Notes: a model not told the origin generated them from the sequence alone. Numbered from the stretch's first letter, positions 1 to 7,996 are shown. The stretch: DNA of 42,798 nucleotides from a virus (IMGVR_UViG_3300045988_053235:1-42798); one strand, 5' to 3'. Program-made: numbers and translations.

Positions 1-141
1 CGCAGTTGCGTTTTCGATGGAACGCCGTGGACGTGCTATCTGTGCGAGAGCTGTCAGAAAGCGTCTTCTGAGTTAGGATGGCAAGACGAGTATGGATTTG
101 GGGACTTGCGCGAACGTTCGCTCGAGATTGAGAGGGAGGCA
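1..141. repeat. Terminal direct repeat, copy 1 (identical to 42658..42798)
   Basis: Exact match by eye between the first 141 bases and the last 141 bases. Confidence 0.95.
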
Positions 142-165
142 TTCCATGCTGGCAATCACGATTAA
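1..165 (+). CDS. 3' part of junction-spanning zinc-ribbon protein (continuation of 42565..42798)
   Basis: Frame 1 is open from base 1 to TAA 163-165. It is in frame with ATG 42565 through the repeat. Contains CxxC motifs (GCFGC, CYLCESC). Confidence 0.7.
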   Translation, partial: RSCVFDGTPWTCYLCESCQKASSELGWQDEYGFGDLRERSLEIEREAFHAGNHD

Positions 166-310
166 AGCCAACGTCCCCGCCGCTGATGCGCAGGGCATCA
201 AGGAGCGCATCGCCATGGACATTGAGCAATACGGCGACTGCAAGGTCGTGAGTATCGTGAGCGACAGAGGACGAGAAGAACAGCTACGAATGAAAGGAGC
301 CAAATTATGA
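146..310 (+). CDS. Small hypothetical protein (54 aa)
   Basis: ATG 146 is preceded by GAGGGAGG. The ORF-track start at 92 lies inside the upstream gene. Confidence 0.5.
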   Translation: MLAITIKANVPAADAQGIKERIAMDIEQYGDCKVVSIVSDRGREEQLRMKGAKL

Positions 311-780
311 GCATCAACATCAAGAAGTACACCAAAGACCAGATGGCGAAGATGGTGGAGGAAGCCGCCGAAAGGCTCAAATCGCAGAAAAAAGAAAATG
401 AAGAGCTGGCTGAACAACTGAAATCCCAAACGGCAAAAACGATTGCGCTGCGAAATGATTTGATGGCAAAGATGCATTCGAATGTCGCTTTGACCGAGCA
501 TCTTGAGCAGATGAACGGCGAGGCCATCAACAAGGCAAACGAGATCGCAAGCCTGAAAGCGGACGCGGATGCACTGCGAAATAAGCTCGCTGATACCGAG
601 GCGGCGCTTGGGCGGGCGAATGGTGAGTGCGCTTTTAAGCAAGAGACCATTAATGTAATGCGGGACAGGCGATACAACGCCGAGCAGCGCGCCAATTACG
701 CAGAATCTCACCCGTGGCGAAACCTGTGGGCGTGGGTCAAAAGAAAGCTCGGTGGTGAGAGGAATGAGCACGTTTCCTGA
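307..780 (+). CDS. Coiled-coil protein, unknown function
   Basis: ATGA overlap with the upstream stop. Heptad-like, K/E/A/L-rich sequence. Confidence 0.6.
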   Translation: MSINIKKYTKDQMAKMVEEAAERLKSQKKENEELAEQLKSQTAKTIALRNDLMAKMHSNVALTEHLEQMNGEAINKANEIASLKADADALRNKLADTEAALGRANGECAFKQETINVMRDRRYNAEQRANYAESHPWRNLWAWVKRKLGGERNEHVS

Positions 781-982
781 CCGGCTGCGCAGATTGCGCG
801 AACGCCATCAGCTAAAGCGCTGCGTGCTGTCCGAGCTGTGCGGGCTGAATCGCAACACCATCAAGCGGTATGAGATGGGGACGCAGAAACCGTCAATGGA
901 CGCGCTGATAAGCATTGCTGACTATTTTGGCGTGTCTATTGATTATTTGCTCGGGCGGTCGGACTACCCAAAAAGTTTATAA
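764..982 (+). CDS. XRE-family helix-turn-helix regulator
   Basis: ATG 764 follows GGTGAGAGG. Sequence RLRRLRERHQLKRCVLSELCGLNRNTIKRYEMG...LISIADYFGVSIDYLLGR is a classic HTH_3 pattern. Confidence 0.8.
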   Translation: MSTFPDRLRRLRERHQLKRCVLSELCGLNRNTIKRYEMGTQKPSMDALISIADYFGVSIDYLLGRSDYPKSL

Positions 983-1747
983 AAATATTTTGCAAAACTC
1001 ACTTATAAGTGAGTCAGGGCATTGCAATTATGGGAGAATTGAGCCGCAGAGGTGTAAAAGCCTTTGCGGTTCTCTCATTTATGGCGTCCACCTCCTGCGC
1101 CATAGCGGGGCGCGGTGCTTTTCATCTTTTCGCACCGCCCCCGCGATCTGCCGCACGCACAATGCAGCCCATGATCAGGGCCGAGAGGTCGCCCCCTCCC
1201 ATGCGGCACAGGACCCCGCGCACCTCTCAACGATGTGGCCCAGCGGGGACATATGCGGCATAGGTGCCCCGTAAGGGGAGACCACAGCGAGTGACGGGGA
1301 CTTTCCCTGAAGCGCTAAAGCAGGGCAGGACTGCAATGCCGTACCAGATGTATGCTACCGCATTGCGGCACGGAAGGGTAAGACCGCTACAAGGGGCTTG
1401 CATGTGCGCTGTACGAAAGCGGCATGCCGAAGAATATTTATTGGGCTGGCACCGGCTTGTGTAAAAGAAACGGATGCGACCGACGTACCGGCGCAGGGCT
1501 GAAAAGTTCCGTGGTTATCCGGCGGTGCTGTCTTTGCGAGGAGGCTGAGGCGGCAAATGGATGAGGTGCGGTGACGGCAATCGAGAGATTAGGCCGTTGT
1601 GTAGGCCGGGCCGAACAGAGCGCAGCGCCGGAGACTGTGTGAGTATCACGCCCCTTGCGGGCATAGAGTAGCCCTTCGGGGTGGGTAAAGTCTGCTATGT
1701 AAGGCCAAGGGGTGGGGGCCGGTAGCAAAACGAAAGGGAGTGAGCGT
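983..1747 (+). ncRNA. 765-nt ORF-free, hairpin-dense leader; candidate large structured RNA upstream of terS
   Basis: Only junk-composition ORFs are present. Many stable hairpins occur, including cUUCGg (1672-1681), CCCC-GUAA-GGGG (1267-1278), and long helices at 1034-1074 and 1107-1141. No internal T-run terminator. Confidence 0.45.
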
Positions 1748-2161
1748 ATGGCTGGCGGAGCGCCAAGAAAATGGAAAAGCGTAAGCGCGATGCAGAAAGC
1801 TATTGACGTTTACTTCAAAAAGTGCGAAGGCGAACCGTTTATCGGAGATGACGGCTGCGCTGTGTGCGATAAGTACGGCATGCCGATTATCATCAATGCA
1901 AAGCCCCCGACAATCACTGGGCTTGCATTGGCGCTTGGATTCACAGGGAGACAAGCGCTGCTGGACTATCAAGCAAGGCCTGAGTTTGCGGACACGGTTA
2001 CGCGCGCGAAGTCCCGCTGCGAGGAATATGCCGAATCCCGTCTGTACGATAAGGACGGTGCCAATGGGGCGAAATTCTCCCTTGGCTGCAATTTTGGGTG
2101 GCGTGAAGTGAACGAGACAAAAATAAGCACGGATTCCGTCAAGGTGGTTATTGATGTCTGA
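1748..2161 (+). CDS. terS: Terminase small subunit
   Basis: RBS GGGAG, then ATG 1748. Sequence PPTITGLALALGFTGRQALLDYQ...FGWRE is typical of Terminase_2-type small subunits. Lies directly upstream of terL. Confidence 0.85.
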   Translation: MAGGAPRKWKSVSAMQKAIDVYFKKCEGEPFIGDDGCAVCDKYGMPIIINAKPPTITGLALALGFTGRQALLDYQARPEFADTVTRAKSRCEEYAESRLYDKDGANGAKFSLGCNFGWREVNETKISTDSVKVVIDV

Positions 2162-3392
2162 TATTCTATTGTCAGAAAAAATCGGCTCGGCTTTTTACGA
2201 TGTGGCTCACGATGTGTTCCATCATGGGCACACGCATTACGATTTCAGCGGCGGGCGCGGCTCATTAAAGTCGTCCACGGTGTCTGTACTCGTCCCCCTT
2301 CTGCTGATAAATAATCCGGGTACGCACGCGCTTGTGCTGCGCAAGGTAGCAAACACGATCCGCGATAGCGTTTATGCACAGTATATCTGGGCAATCGGCG
2401 AGTTGGGCATGGCGGCGTATTGGGAAGCCAAGGTTTCCCCGATGGAGCTGATCTACAAGCCGACAGGACAGAAGATCATGTTTCGCGGCGCTGATGACCC
2501 GATGAAGATCAAGTCTATCAAAGTCCCATTTGGCTATATCGCCGTGACGCACTTTGAAGAAAAAGATCAGTTTGCCGGACGGGCGGAAATCCGAAACATT
2601 TTGCAGTCGACCATGCGCGGTGGCTCGAAGTATTGGAACTTCGAGAGCTATAACCCGCCTATCTCGCGTGACAACTGGGCGAACAAGGACAGTTTGGAGG
2701 AACGCACCGACCGCTTTTGCCACAAGTCAACGTATCTTGAAGCACCGCCAGAGTGGCTGGGAGAACAGTTTTTAGCGGAGGCGGAACATCTCAAGGCCAC
2801 GGACGAGCGCGCGTATCAGCACGAATACCTCGGCATTCCGGTCGGAACGGGCGGCAATGTGTTTGACAAGCTGGAACTGCGGGGGATTACCGATGAAGAA
2901 GTCAAAAGTTTTGACCGAATCTATCAGGGGGTGGACTTCGGATGGTTCCCAGACCCGTTAGCTTTTATCCGGCTACATTACGACAAGGCAAGGGAAACGA
3001 TTTACCTGCTTGACGAGATATACCAGAATAAGCTTTCGAACGAGCAGAGCGCGACTATAATCAAACAGCGCGGATATGGCAATGTGCGCGTCATCTGTGA
3101 CAGCGCGGAGCCAAAGAGCGTGGCTGACCTACGGGCAATGGGATTGCCTGCGTATGAGGCGGTCAAGGGACCCGGCTCGGTCGAATACGGTATGAAGTTC
3201 TTGCAGAGAAGAACGATTGTCATTGATAGAAAACGGACGCCACATGCCTACGATGAGTTCGTGGGATACGAATATGAGAGAAACAAAGACGGCGACATTA
3301 TTAGCGGCTACCCTGACGCGAACAACCACCTGATTGACGCGACGAGGTATGCGTTAGAGCCTGTCAGCCGCAGAATGGGAGTTATTGCATGA
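2154..3392 (+). CDS. terL: Terminase large subunit (PBSX/Terminase_3-like)
   Basis: About 410 aa with ATPase N-terminal and nuclease C-terminal regions (ICDSAEPKS...DANNHLIDATRYAL). RBS AAGGTGG precedes ATG 2154. Confidence 0.93.
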   Translation: MSDILLSEKIGSAFYDVAHDVFHHGHTHYDFSGGRGSLKSSTVSVLVPLLLINNPGTHALVLRKVANTIRDSVYAQYIWAIGELGMAAYWEAKVSPMELIYKPTGQKIMFRGADDPMKIKSIKVPFGYIAVTHFEEKDQFAGRAEIRNILQSTMRGGSKYWNFESYNPPISRDNWANKDSLEERTDRFCHKSTYLEAPPEWLGEQFLAEAEHLKATDERAYQHEYLGIPVGTGGNVFDKLELRGITDEEVKSFDRIYQGVDFGWFPDPLAFIRLHYDKARETIYLLDEIYQNKLSNEQSATIIKQRGYGNVRVICDSAEPKSVADLRAMGLPAYEAVKGPGSVEYGMKFLQRRTIVIDRKRTPHAYDEFVGYEYERNKDGDIISGYPDANNHLIDATRYALEPVSRRMGVIA

Positions 3393-4819
3393 GCAGTGCA
3401 GTTATCCAAAAGTTAAAAGAACTTGGCTATACGACAATCCCGGAAGATTTTTACAGCCAAGTTGACCTCTGGAAGTCCTGGTATGTTGGGAAAGTAAAGG
3501 ATTTTCACAGATACAGAGAATATAACGGGCATGAGTGGGTGAAAAAGAAGCGGGCTTCGCTCGGAATGGGAAAGAAAGTCTGCGAAGATTGGGCAAATCT
3601 GCTCATGAACGAAAAGGTTAAAATCACGCTTGAAGGCAAAAAAGAACAGGAATTTATTGATCGCATTTTGGAAGAAAACAACTTTACTGTAAAAGCAAAC
3701 GAAATGCAGGAAATGAAGTCCGCGCTCGGAACGGTTGCATATGTACCGCGCGTCATTGGACAGAAAGTAAACGACTACGACGCTCCGATTCCCGGAAGTG
3801 CGGAAGACATTGCAATCGACTATGTGACGATGGAGCACATTTACCCGCTTTCGTGGCGAAATGGCGTGATTACAGAGTGCGCATTTGATAGCGTTGTAAC
3901 ACGGCTCGGACATAAGTATTTGTTCCTGCAAATCTTTAAAAAAGAGCGGAATGGAAAATACACAATCGAAAACAGCATTTATTTGTACGAGAATGAAACG
4001 CTGTCGGAAGTTAGCCTTGCATCCGTTGATGGCTTTGAGCATATCCCGAGTGTCGTTCATACAGGGAGCGCAGAAAAGCAATTTGTGATTGATCGACCGA
4101 ACATCGCAAACAATTTTGATTACCTCTTGCCAGTCGGTGTTCCTGTTTATGCAAATGCTCTTGATGTGCTGGAAAGTGTAGACAAGGCGTTTAACTGCTA
4201 TGGCAACGAGTTTGACAATGGCGCGTTGCTGCTGATGGTAAAAATGCCAGCAACAAGGTATGAGGACGGGAAACCGACTTTGAACAATAACGATAGTAGG
4301 TTTTACCTTCTCCCAGAGGACACGCAGCAAGGGAACGTTGTCGAACCAATTTCCCCACAGTTAAGGACCCAGCAGTTAAATATCGGGTTGCAAGACCAGC
4401 TCAATATTCTTTCAAGCAAGTGCGGGTTTGGCGAGACCTATTATCGGTTTAGTGGAGATAGCATTGCTACGGCTACGCAGGTCATCAGCGAGAACAGCAC
4501 CATGTTCCGCACGATCAAAAAGCATGAAATTATCCTCGAGCAGGCGCTCGTGGAGCTGTGCCGTGTTCTTCTCCGGCTCGGGAATACTGCAATGAATGCA
4601 GGGCTTGACGAAAACGTTGAAATCTCCATCGACTTTGACGATTCAATCATCGAGGACAAGCAGACGGACTTTGCCCGAGATCTCCAGCTCCTGAACGCCA
4701 ACATCATGAACGACTGGGAGTTCCGGGCAAAGTGGATGAACGAGGATGAGGCCACCGCAAAGGCAGCACTGCCAAAGATGCAGGACATGGTGGACGAAGA
4801 GCAGAACGAGGTCGAATAA
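3389..4819 (+). CDS. Portal protein (SPP1 gp6-like)
   Basis: 476 aa, immediately after terL with an ATGA overlap. Size and sequence style fit siphoviral portals. Confidence 0.88.
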   Translation: MSSAVIQKLKELGYTTIPEDFYSQVDLWKSWYVGKVKDFHRYREYNGHEWVKKKRASLGMGKKVCEDWANLLMNEKVKITLEGKKEQEFIDRILEENNFTVKANEMQEMKSALGTVAYVPRVIGQKVNDYDAPIPGSAEDIAIDYVTMEHIYPLSWRNGVITECAFDSVVTRLGHKYLFLQIFKKERNGKYTIENSIYLYENETLSEVSLASVDGFEHIPSVVHTGSAEKQFVIDRPNIANNFDYLLPVGVPVYANALDVLESVDKAFNCYGNEFDNGALLLMVKMPATRYEDGKPTLNNNDSRFYLLPEDTQQGNVVEPISPQLRTQQLNIGLQDQLNILSSKCGFGETYYRFSGDSIATATQVISENSTMFRTIKKHEIILEQALVELCRVLLRLGNTAMNAGLDENVEISIDFDDSIIEDKQTDFARDLQLLNANIMNDWEFRAKWMNEDEATAKAALPKMQDMVDEEQNEVE

Positions 4820-5211
4820 TGGGCGGACGCGGCGCAAGCAGCGGAATGAGCGAAAAGGGCAAGCATTACGGGAGCGAGTTTAGATCGGTCTTGCAGGATG
4901 GAAATATTAAATTCGTCAAGCCAAAAAGCGGTTCTGCAACTGCACCATTGGAAACAATGACACGCGGGCGGGTGTATGTAACAGTTAATGCGGCTGATGA
5001 ATTGAAATTCATTTCGTACTACGACAATCAGAACAAGCGCACAAAGACTATTGATTTGACAAAGCCGCACAAAGGAGTTTTGCCACATACCCACCACGGG
5101 TACGAACACTTTGAAAATGACAGCAAAAAGGGATTTGCAAACCTGACAACCGAAGAAAAGGCAATGGTTGCAAGGGTTCGCAAACTATGGTACAATCGGC
5201 ATAGCAAGTAG
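4819..5211 (+). CDS. MGGRG-leader protein 1 (130 aa)
   Basis: TAATG overlap with portal. N-terminus is MGGRGASSG. The body (NIKFVKPKSGSATAPLETMTRGRVYVTVN...HTHHGYEH) resembles domains I recall at the C-termini of MuF-type proteins. Confidence 0.75.
   Translation: MGGRGASSGMSEKGKHYGSEFRSVLQDGNIKFVKPKSGSATAPLETMTRGRVYVTVNAADELKFISYYDNQNKRTKTIDLTKPHKGVLPHTHHGYEHFENDSKKGFANLTTEEKAMVARVRKLWYNRHSK
5168..5196 (+). promoter_or_regulatory. Near-consensus sigma-A type promoter with extended -10
   Basis: TTGCAA (5168-5173), 17-nt spacer, TGgTACAAT (5188-5196). Predicted start is about 5203-5204. Confidence 0.6.
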
Positions 5212-5270
5212 TAATGTAAGCGGAGCATTCGGGGGAACCCGTTGTCCCGGTTCAAATCCGGGCGCTTGCT
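5204..5270 (+). ncRNA. tRNA-like RNA lacking an anticodon loop
   Basis: Acceptor 5204-5210 pairs with 5263-5269. D arm is AATG/CATT with a GG-containing loop. T arm is CCCGG-TTCAAAT-CCGGG (5246-5262). The anticodon arm is replaced by CGGG-GGAA-CCCG (5230-5241). Confidence 0.55.
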
Positions 5271-5313
5271 ATGCCGTAAGGTACAGAAATGTATCTTGCG
5301 GCATTTTTATTTT
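5271..5313 (+). terminator. Rho-independent terminator
   Basis: 14-bp stem ATGCCGTAAGGTAC / GTATCTTGCGGCAT (two G-U pairs), loop AGAAAT, then TTTTATTTT. Confidence 0.8.
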
Positions 5314-5331
5314 GCGGGAGGTGTTTACATT

Positions 5332-5685
5332 ATGGGTGGTAGAGGTGGGGCTGGCGGCGGCAATAGCCGTAGAATCTTGGCCTTTGACGTTGATATGGAC
5401 GGAGCAGTAGTGAACTACGTCTTGAGAAACGGAAAGGTTTACCGAAATGATGGGGAGCCTATTGCGCTCCAGCCGCAAAAAGTGATCGAAAACGCCAAAA
5501 AACTCGGGTACTCCGTGAAAACGTATAACAAAAAGGAATATGAAGAGCGGGAAAAATCCCGAAAAGAGGACCGGCGGATAACTGATGAATTTTTGAACGG
5601 GATGGACACGCAAATTGGCGGGAATAGGCGCGACCAGCGGATGGAGCTTATCGGAAACAGGGCAGCAAAGAGGAGGCGGAGATAA
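5332..5685 (+). CDS. MGGRG-leader protein 2 (117 aa), very basic C-terminus
   Basis: RBS GGGAGG, then ATG 5332. N-terminus MGGRGGAGGG. C-terminus NRAAKRRRR. Confidence 0.7.
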   Translation: MGGRGGAGGGNSRRILAFDVDMDGAVVNYVLRNGKVYRNDGEPIALQPQKVIENAKKLGYSVKTYNKKEYEEREKSRKEDRRITDEFLNGMDTQIGGNRRDQRMELIGNRAAKRRRR

Positions 5686-6360
5686 GTGGTAAACTTCGAG
5701 AACCTCGACAAGTTTGCTTTCCCTGGCGCGGGAAAATACAACATCCCCCAAATCGAGCCAGTAACCGAATACCCGCATGGTGAGTTTATCCCTGTCAACT
5801 ACCATTACACCGAAAAGGACCCAGGGAGTAAAAACGTCCACTTTTTTGTAGACGATTATCAGTTTGTCCGCCACTGGAATGCCCCGGACAAATACATACC
5901 GAAGCTGTCACAGTTTGCGGCGGTATGTGCGCCGGACTTCTCGACCTACACCGATATGCCCCTAGCGATGCAGATATACAACCATTACCGCAAGCATTGG
6001 TTGGCGGCGTACTGGCAGCTGCATGGTATGACCGTCTACCCGACCATATCGTGGAGTGACGAGGATAGCTATAGCTGGTGCTTCGACGGTGAGCCTGTTG
6101 GCAGCATTGTGGCCGTATCATCCGTAGGGACACAGGTCAGCAAGGAGAGCAAACGCCTATTTTTGCGTGGCTATGATGAGATGATGCGGCGGCTAGAGCC
6201 GTCGTGGGTCATATTTCACGGCAAGGTGCCGGAAGAATGCGACTGGAACGTGATACGGGTGCAGCCGCACTACAAAAGTATAAGAGAGAGGGTGAGCAAA
6301 AAATGGGAGGTCGTGGCGGACAAGGAGGGGCCTATGATGGATACAGTGTCGATTACCTAA
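5686..6360 (+). CDS. DUF4417-like protein
   Basis: GTG start after AGGAGG. Sequence VHFFVDDYQFVRHWNAPDKY...PDFSTYTDMPLAMQIYNHYRKHW matches my memory of DUF4417. Confidence 0.65.
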   Translation: MVNFENLDKFAFPGAGKYNIPQIEPVTEYPHGEFIPVNYHYTEKDPGSKNVHFFVDDYQFVRHWNAPDKYIPKLSQFAAVCAPDFSTYTDMPLAMQIYNHYRKHWLAAYWQLHGMTVYPTISWSDEDSYSWCFDGEPVGSIVAVSSVGTQVSKESKRLFLRGYDEMMRRLEPSWVIFHGKVPEECDWNVIRVQPHYKSIRERVSKKWEVVADKEGPMMDTVSIT

Positions 6361-6560
6361 ACAGGATAAGAGATCGCTATGTGGCCGTCGTTGAACAAAA
6401 CAAGATACACGCAATGTTTAACGAAAACTCAGAGTCCAAAATCATACGTCAGAAAGCAAGAACCGCGAAAAAGGCGAGAGAAAAAGCCTTTGACAAGATC
6501 GATGAAATCGATAAAGCCATAGAAAAGGCTAAACGCCGAAAGAACATCATCCCGTTTTAA
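6303..6560 (+). CDS. MGGRG-leader protein 3 (85 aa), basic coiled C-terminus
   Basis: ATG 6303. N-terminus MGGRGGQGG. Overlaps the DUF4417 3' end out of frame. Ends in a TAATG junction with MuF. Confidence 0.65.
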   Translation: MGGRGGQGGAYDGYSVDYLNRIRDRYVAVVEQNKIHAMFNENSESKIIRQKARTAKKAREKAFDKIDEIDKAIEKAKRRKNIIPF

Positions 6561-7744
6561 TGCCTATGAAATACCCATTTACCCCTGAAATCATCGATGC
6601 TCTCCCTGAAGAGCTTGCGGACCTTTACCGCAACCTGGAGGATACGTTGCTGATCGAGATATGCTCCAGACTCAAGGCCAAAGACCAGTTTAACGAGGTG
6701 ACGGTGCAAGATATCCGGGCGCTTCGCTCCCACGGTATACCATTGGAGGACATCGAGAAGGCTATCCGCAAGGCAACCGGAATCAGCGAGAAAAAACTGA
6801 AGGAGCTGCTGGACGATGTGGTGGAGCGAAATCAGAAATATTACACTGACATCATCGACCTGGCCCACCTAACCCAGCCGGAAACCCTTTTGAGCATCGA
6901 GGACACCTGGGCCATCTACGAGCAGACCCGGCAAGAGATGCGCAACATCACCCGTTCCATGGGCTTTTTGGTGGACGGTGGGCGGACGATGCTTCCCGCG
7001 GCGAAAGCGTACCAGTGGGCACTTGATAACGCGGAGATGCAGGTGCAGAGCGGGGCCATCAGTTACAACCAGGCTATCCGGTCGGCGGTGCGGCAGCTTG
7101 CCCAAAGCGGCCTGAAAATCGTCGATTATGAGAGCGGGCACCGCGATCAGATCGACGTGGCCGCCCGCCGGGCTGTCATGACAGGGGTATCTCAGCTCTG
7201 TGCAAAGTACACGGAGCAATCCGCCGACTACCTCAACACCCCGTATTTTGAGGTATCCGCCCACGCTGGGGCGCGGGATAAGCCTGGGAAGTCCCCGTGG
7301 TCCTCCCACAAGGCATGGCAGGGCCGTGTGTACTCCATCAGGGCCGGTGGCATCTATCCCAACATCTACGACGTGTGCGGCCTGGGGGCAGTTGACGGGC
7401 TGGAAGGAGCCAACTGCCGCCACCGGCGCTATCCCTGGGTAGAGGGCATTATGGAGCGCACCTATACCGATGAACAACTTGCCCACATCGACGATGGGCT
7501 GGGCTGCACTTACGACGGCAAGAGCTACACGGCCTATGAGGCCACGCAGATGCAGCGCCGCTTAGAGCGGCAAATCAGGGCGGTGAAACGCCTGAAAATC
7601 AGCAATAAGGCATCTGGACTGGACGATGAGGCACGGACCGCAAACATCAAACTGCGCCGCCTGAACGCCAAATACAGGGCTTTCAGCGCAGCGGCGGGGC
7701 TGACACCGCAATGGGAAAGGACGAAAGTGCTATATGATCGATGA
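6560..7744 (+). CDS. Head morphogenesis / minor capsid protein (Phage_Mu_F, SPP1 gp7-like)
   Basis: 394 aa in the usual position. Sequence SAHAGARDKPGKSPWSSHKAWQGRVYS...GANCRHRRYPW is typical of the MuF family. Confidence 0.85.
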   Translation: MPMKYPFTPEIIDALPEELADLYRNLEDTLLIEICSRLKAKDQFNEVTVQDIRALRSHGIPLEDIEKAIRKATGISEKKLKELLDDVVERNQKYYTDIIDLAHLTQPETLLSIEDTWAIYEQTRQEMRNITRSMGFLVDGGRTMLPAAKAYQWALDNAEMQVQSGAISYNQAIRSAVRQLAQSGLKIVDYESGHRDQIDVAARRAVMTGVSQLCAKYTEQSADYLNTPYFEVSAHAGARDKPGKSPWSSHKAWQGRVYSIRAGGIYPNIYDVCGLGAVDGLEGANCRHRRYPWVEGIMERTYTDEQLAHIDDGLGCTYDGKSYTAYEATQMQRRLERQIRAVKRLKISNKASGLDDEARTANIKLRRLNAKYRAFSAAAGLTPQWERTKVLYDR

Positions 7745-7862
7745 AAAACTCAAATTTGCCATTGAACGGGCGCTTGAATCTGGGGCGCGCGTGCAGCTAA
7801 AGCAAATGAAAGACGGAAGCGTAAAAGCGCAAATTATCGAAGCAAAAGAGCTAAAAAAGTGA
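7734..7862 (+). CDS. Small hypothetical protein (42 aa)
   Basis: ATG 7734 overlaps the MuF stop. Encodes MIDEKLKFAIERALESGARVQLKQMKDGSVKAQIIEAKELKK. Below the ORF-track cutoff. Confidence 0.35.
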   Translation: MIDEKLKFAIERALESGARVQLKQMKDGSVKAQIIEAKELKK

Positions 7863-7924
7863 TATTCTTCTTCCCTTTCGCACGGTGATGTGGTAAAATA
7901 ATCACAAATAAATAAGCGCCCATA

Positions 7925-7996
7925 GTGCAATCGAGCACGTGGAAGTGGCACGAAGAGCCAACTGACTATGTTTGTAGTCGGTTGGCTCTTTTTTAT
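7925..7996 (+). promoter_or_regulatory. Conserved element copy A: AATCGA-loop hairpin + GAAGTGGCA box + terminator
   Basis: Hairpin GTGC-AATCGA-GCAC (7925-7938), GAAGTGGCA box, stem AAGAGCCAAC (7953-7962) / GTTGGCTCTT (7981-7990), then a T-run. Confidence 0.6.

Noticed and set aside
915-1972. ORFs inside the 983-1747 gap (915-1274, 1009-1263, 1264-1464 on +; 1438-1728, 1646-1972 on -).
   Set aside because: None has a Shine-Dalgarno sequence. All have Pro/Arg/Ala/Cys-rich nonsense-like composition and mutually overlapping frames. The region is better explained as non-coding structured RNA or pac-site DNA.
5242-5331. The N-terminal extension of ORF 5242-5685 (MSRFKSGRLLCRKV...), and minus ORFs 5269-5874 and 5439-5798.
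   Set aside because: The extension runs through the tRNA-like T arm and the terminator. The RBS-supported start is ATG 5332 (MGGRG...). The minus ORFs are antisense artefacts.
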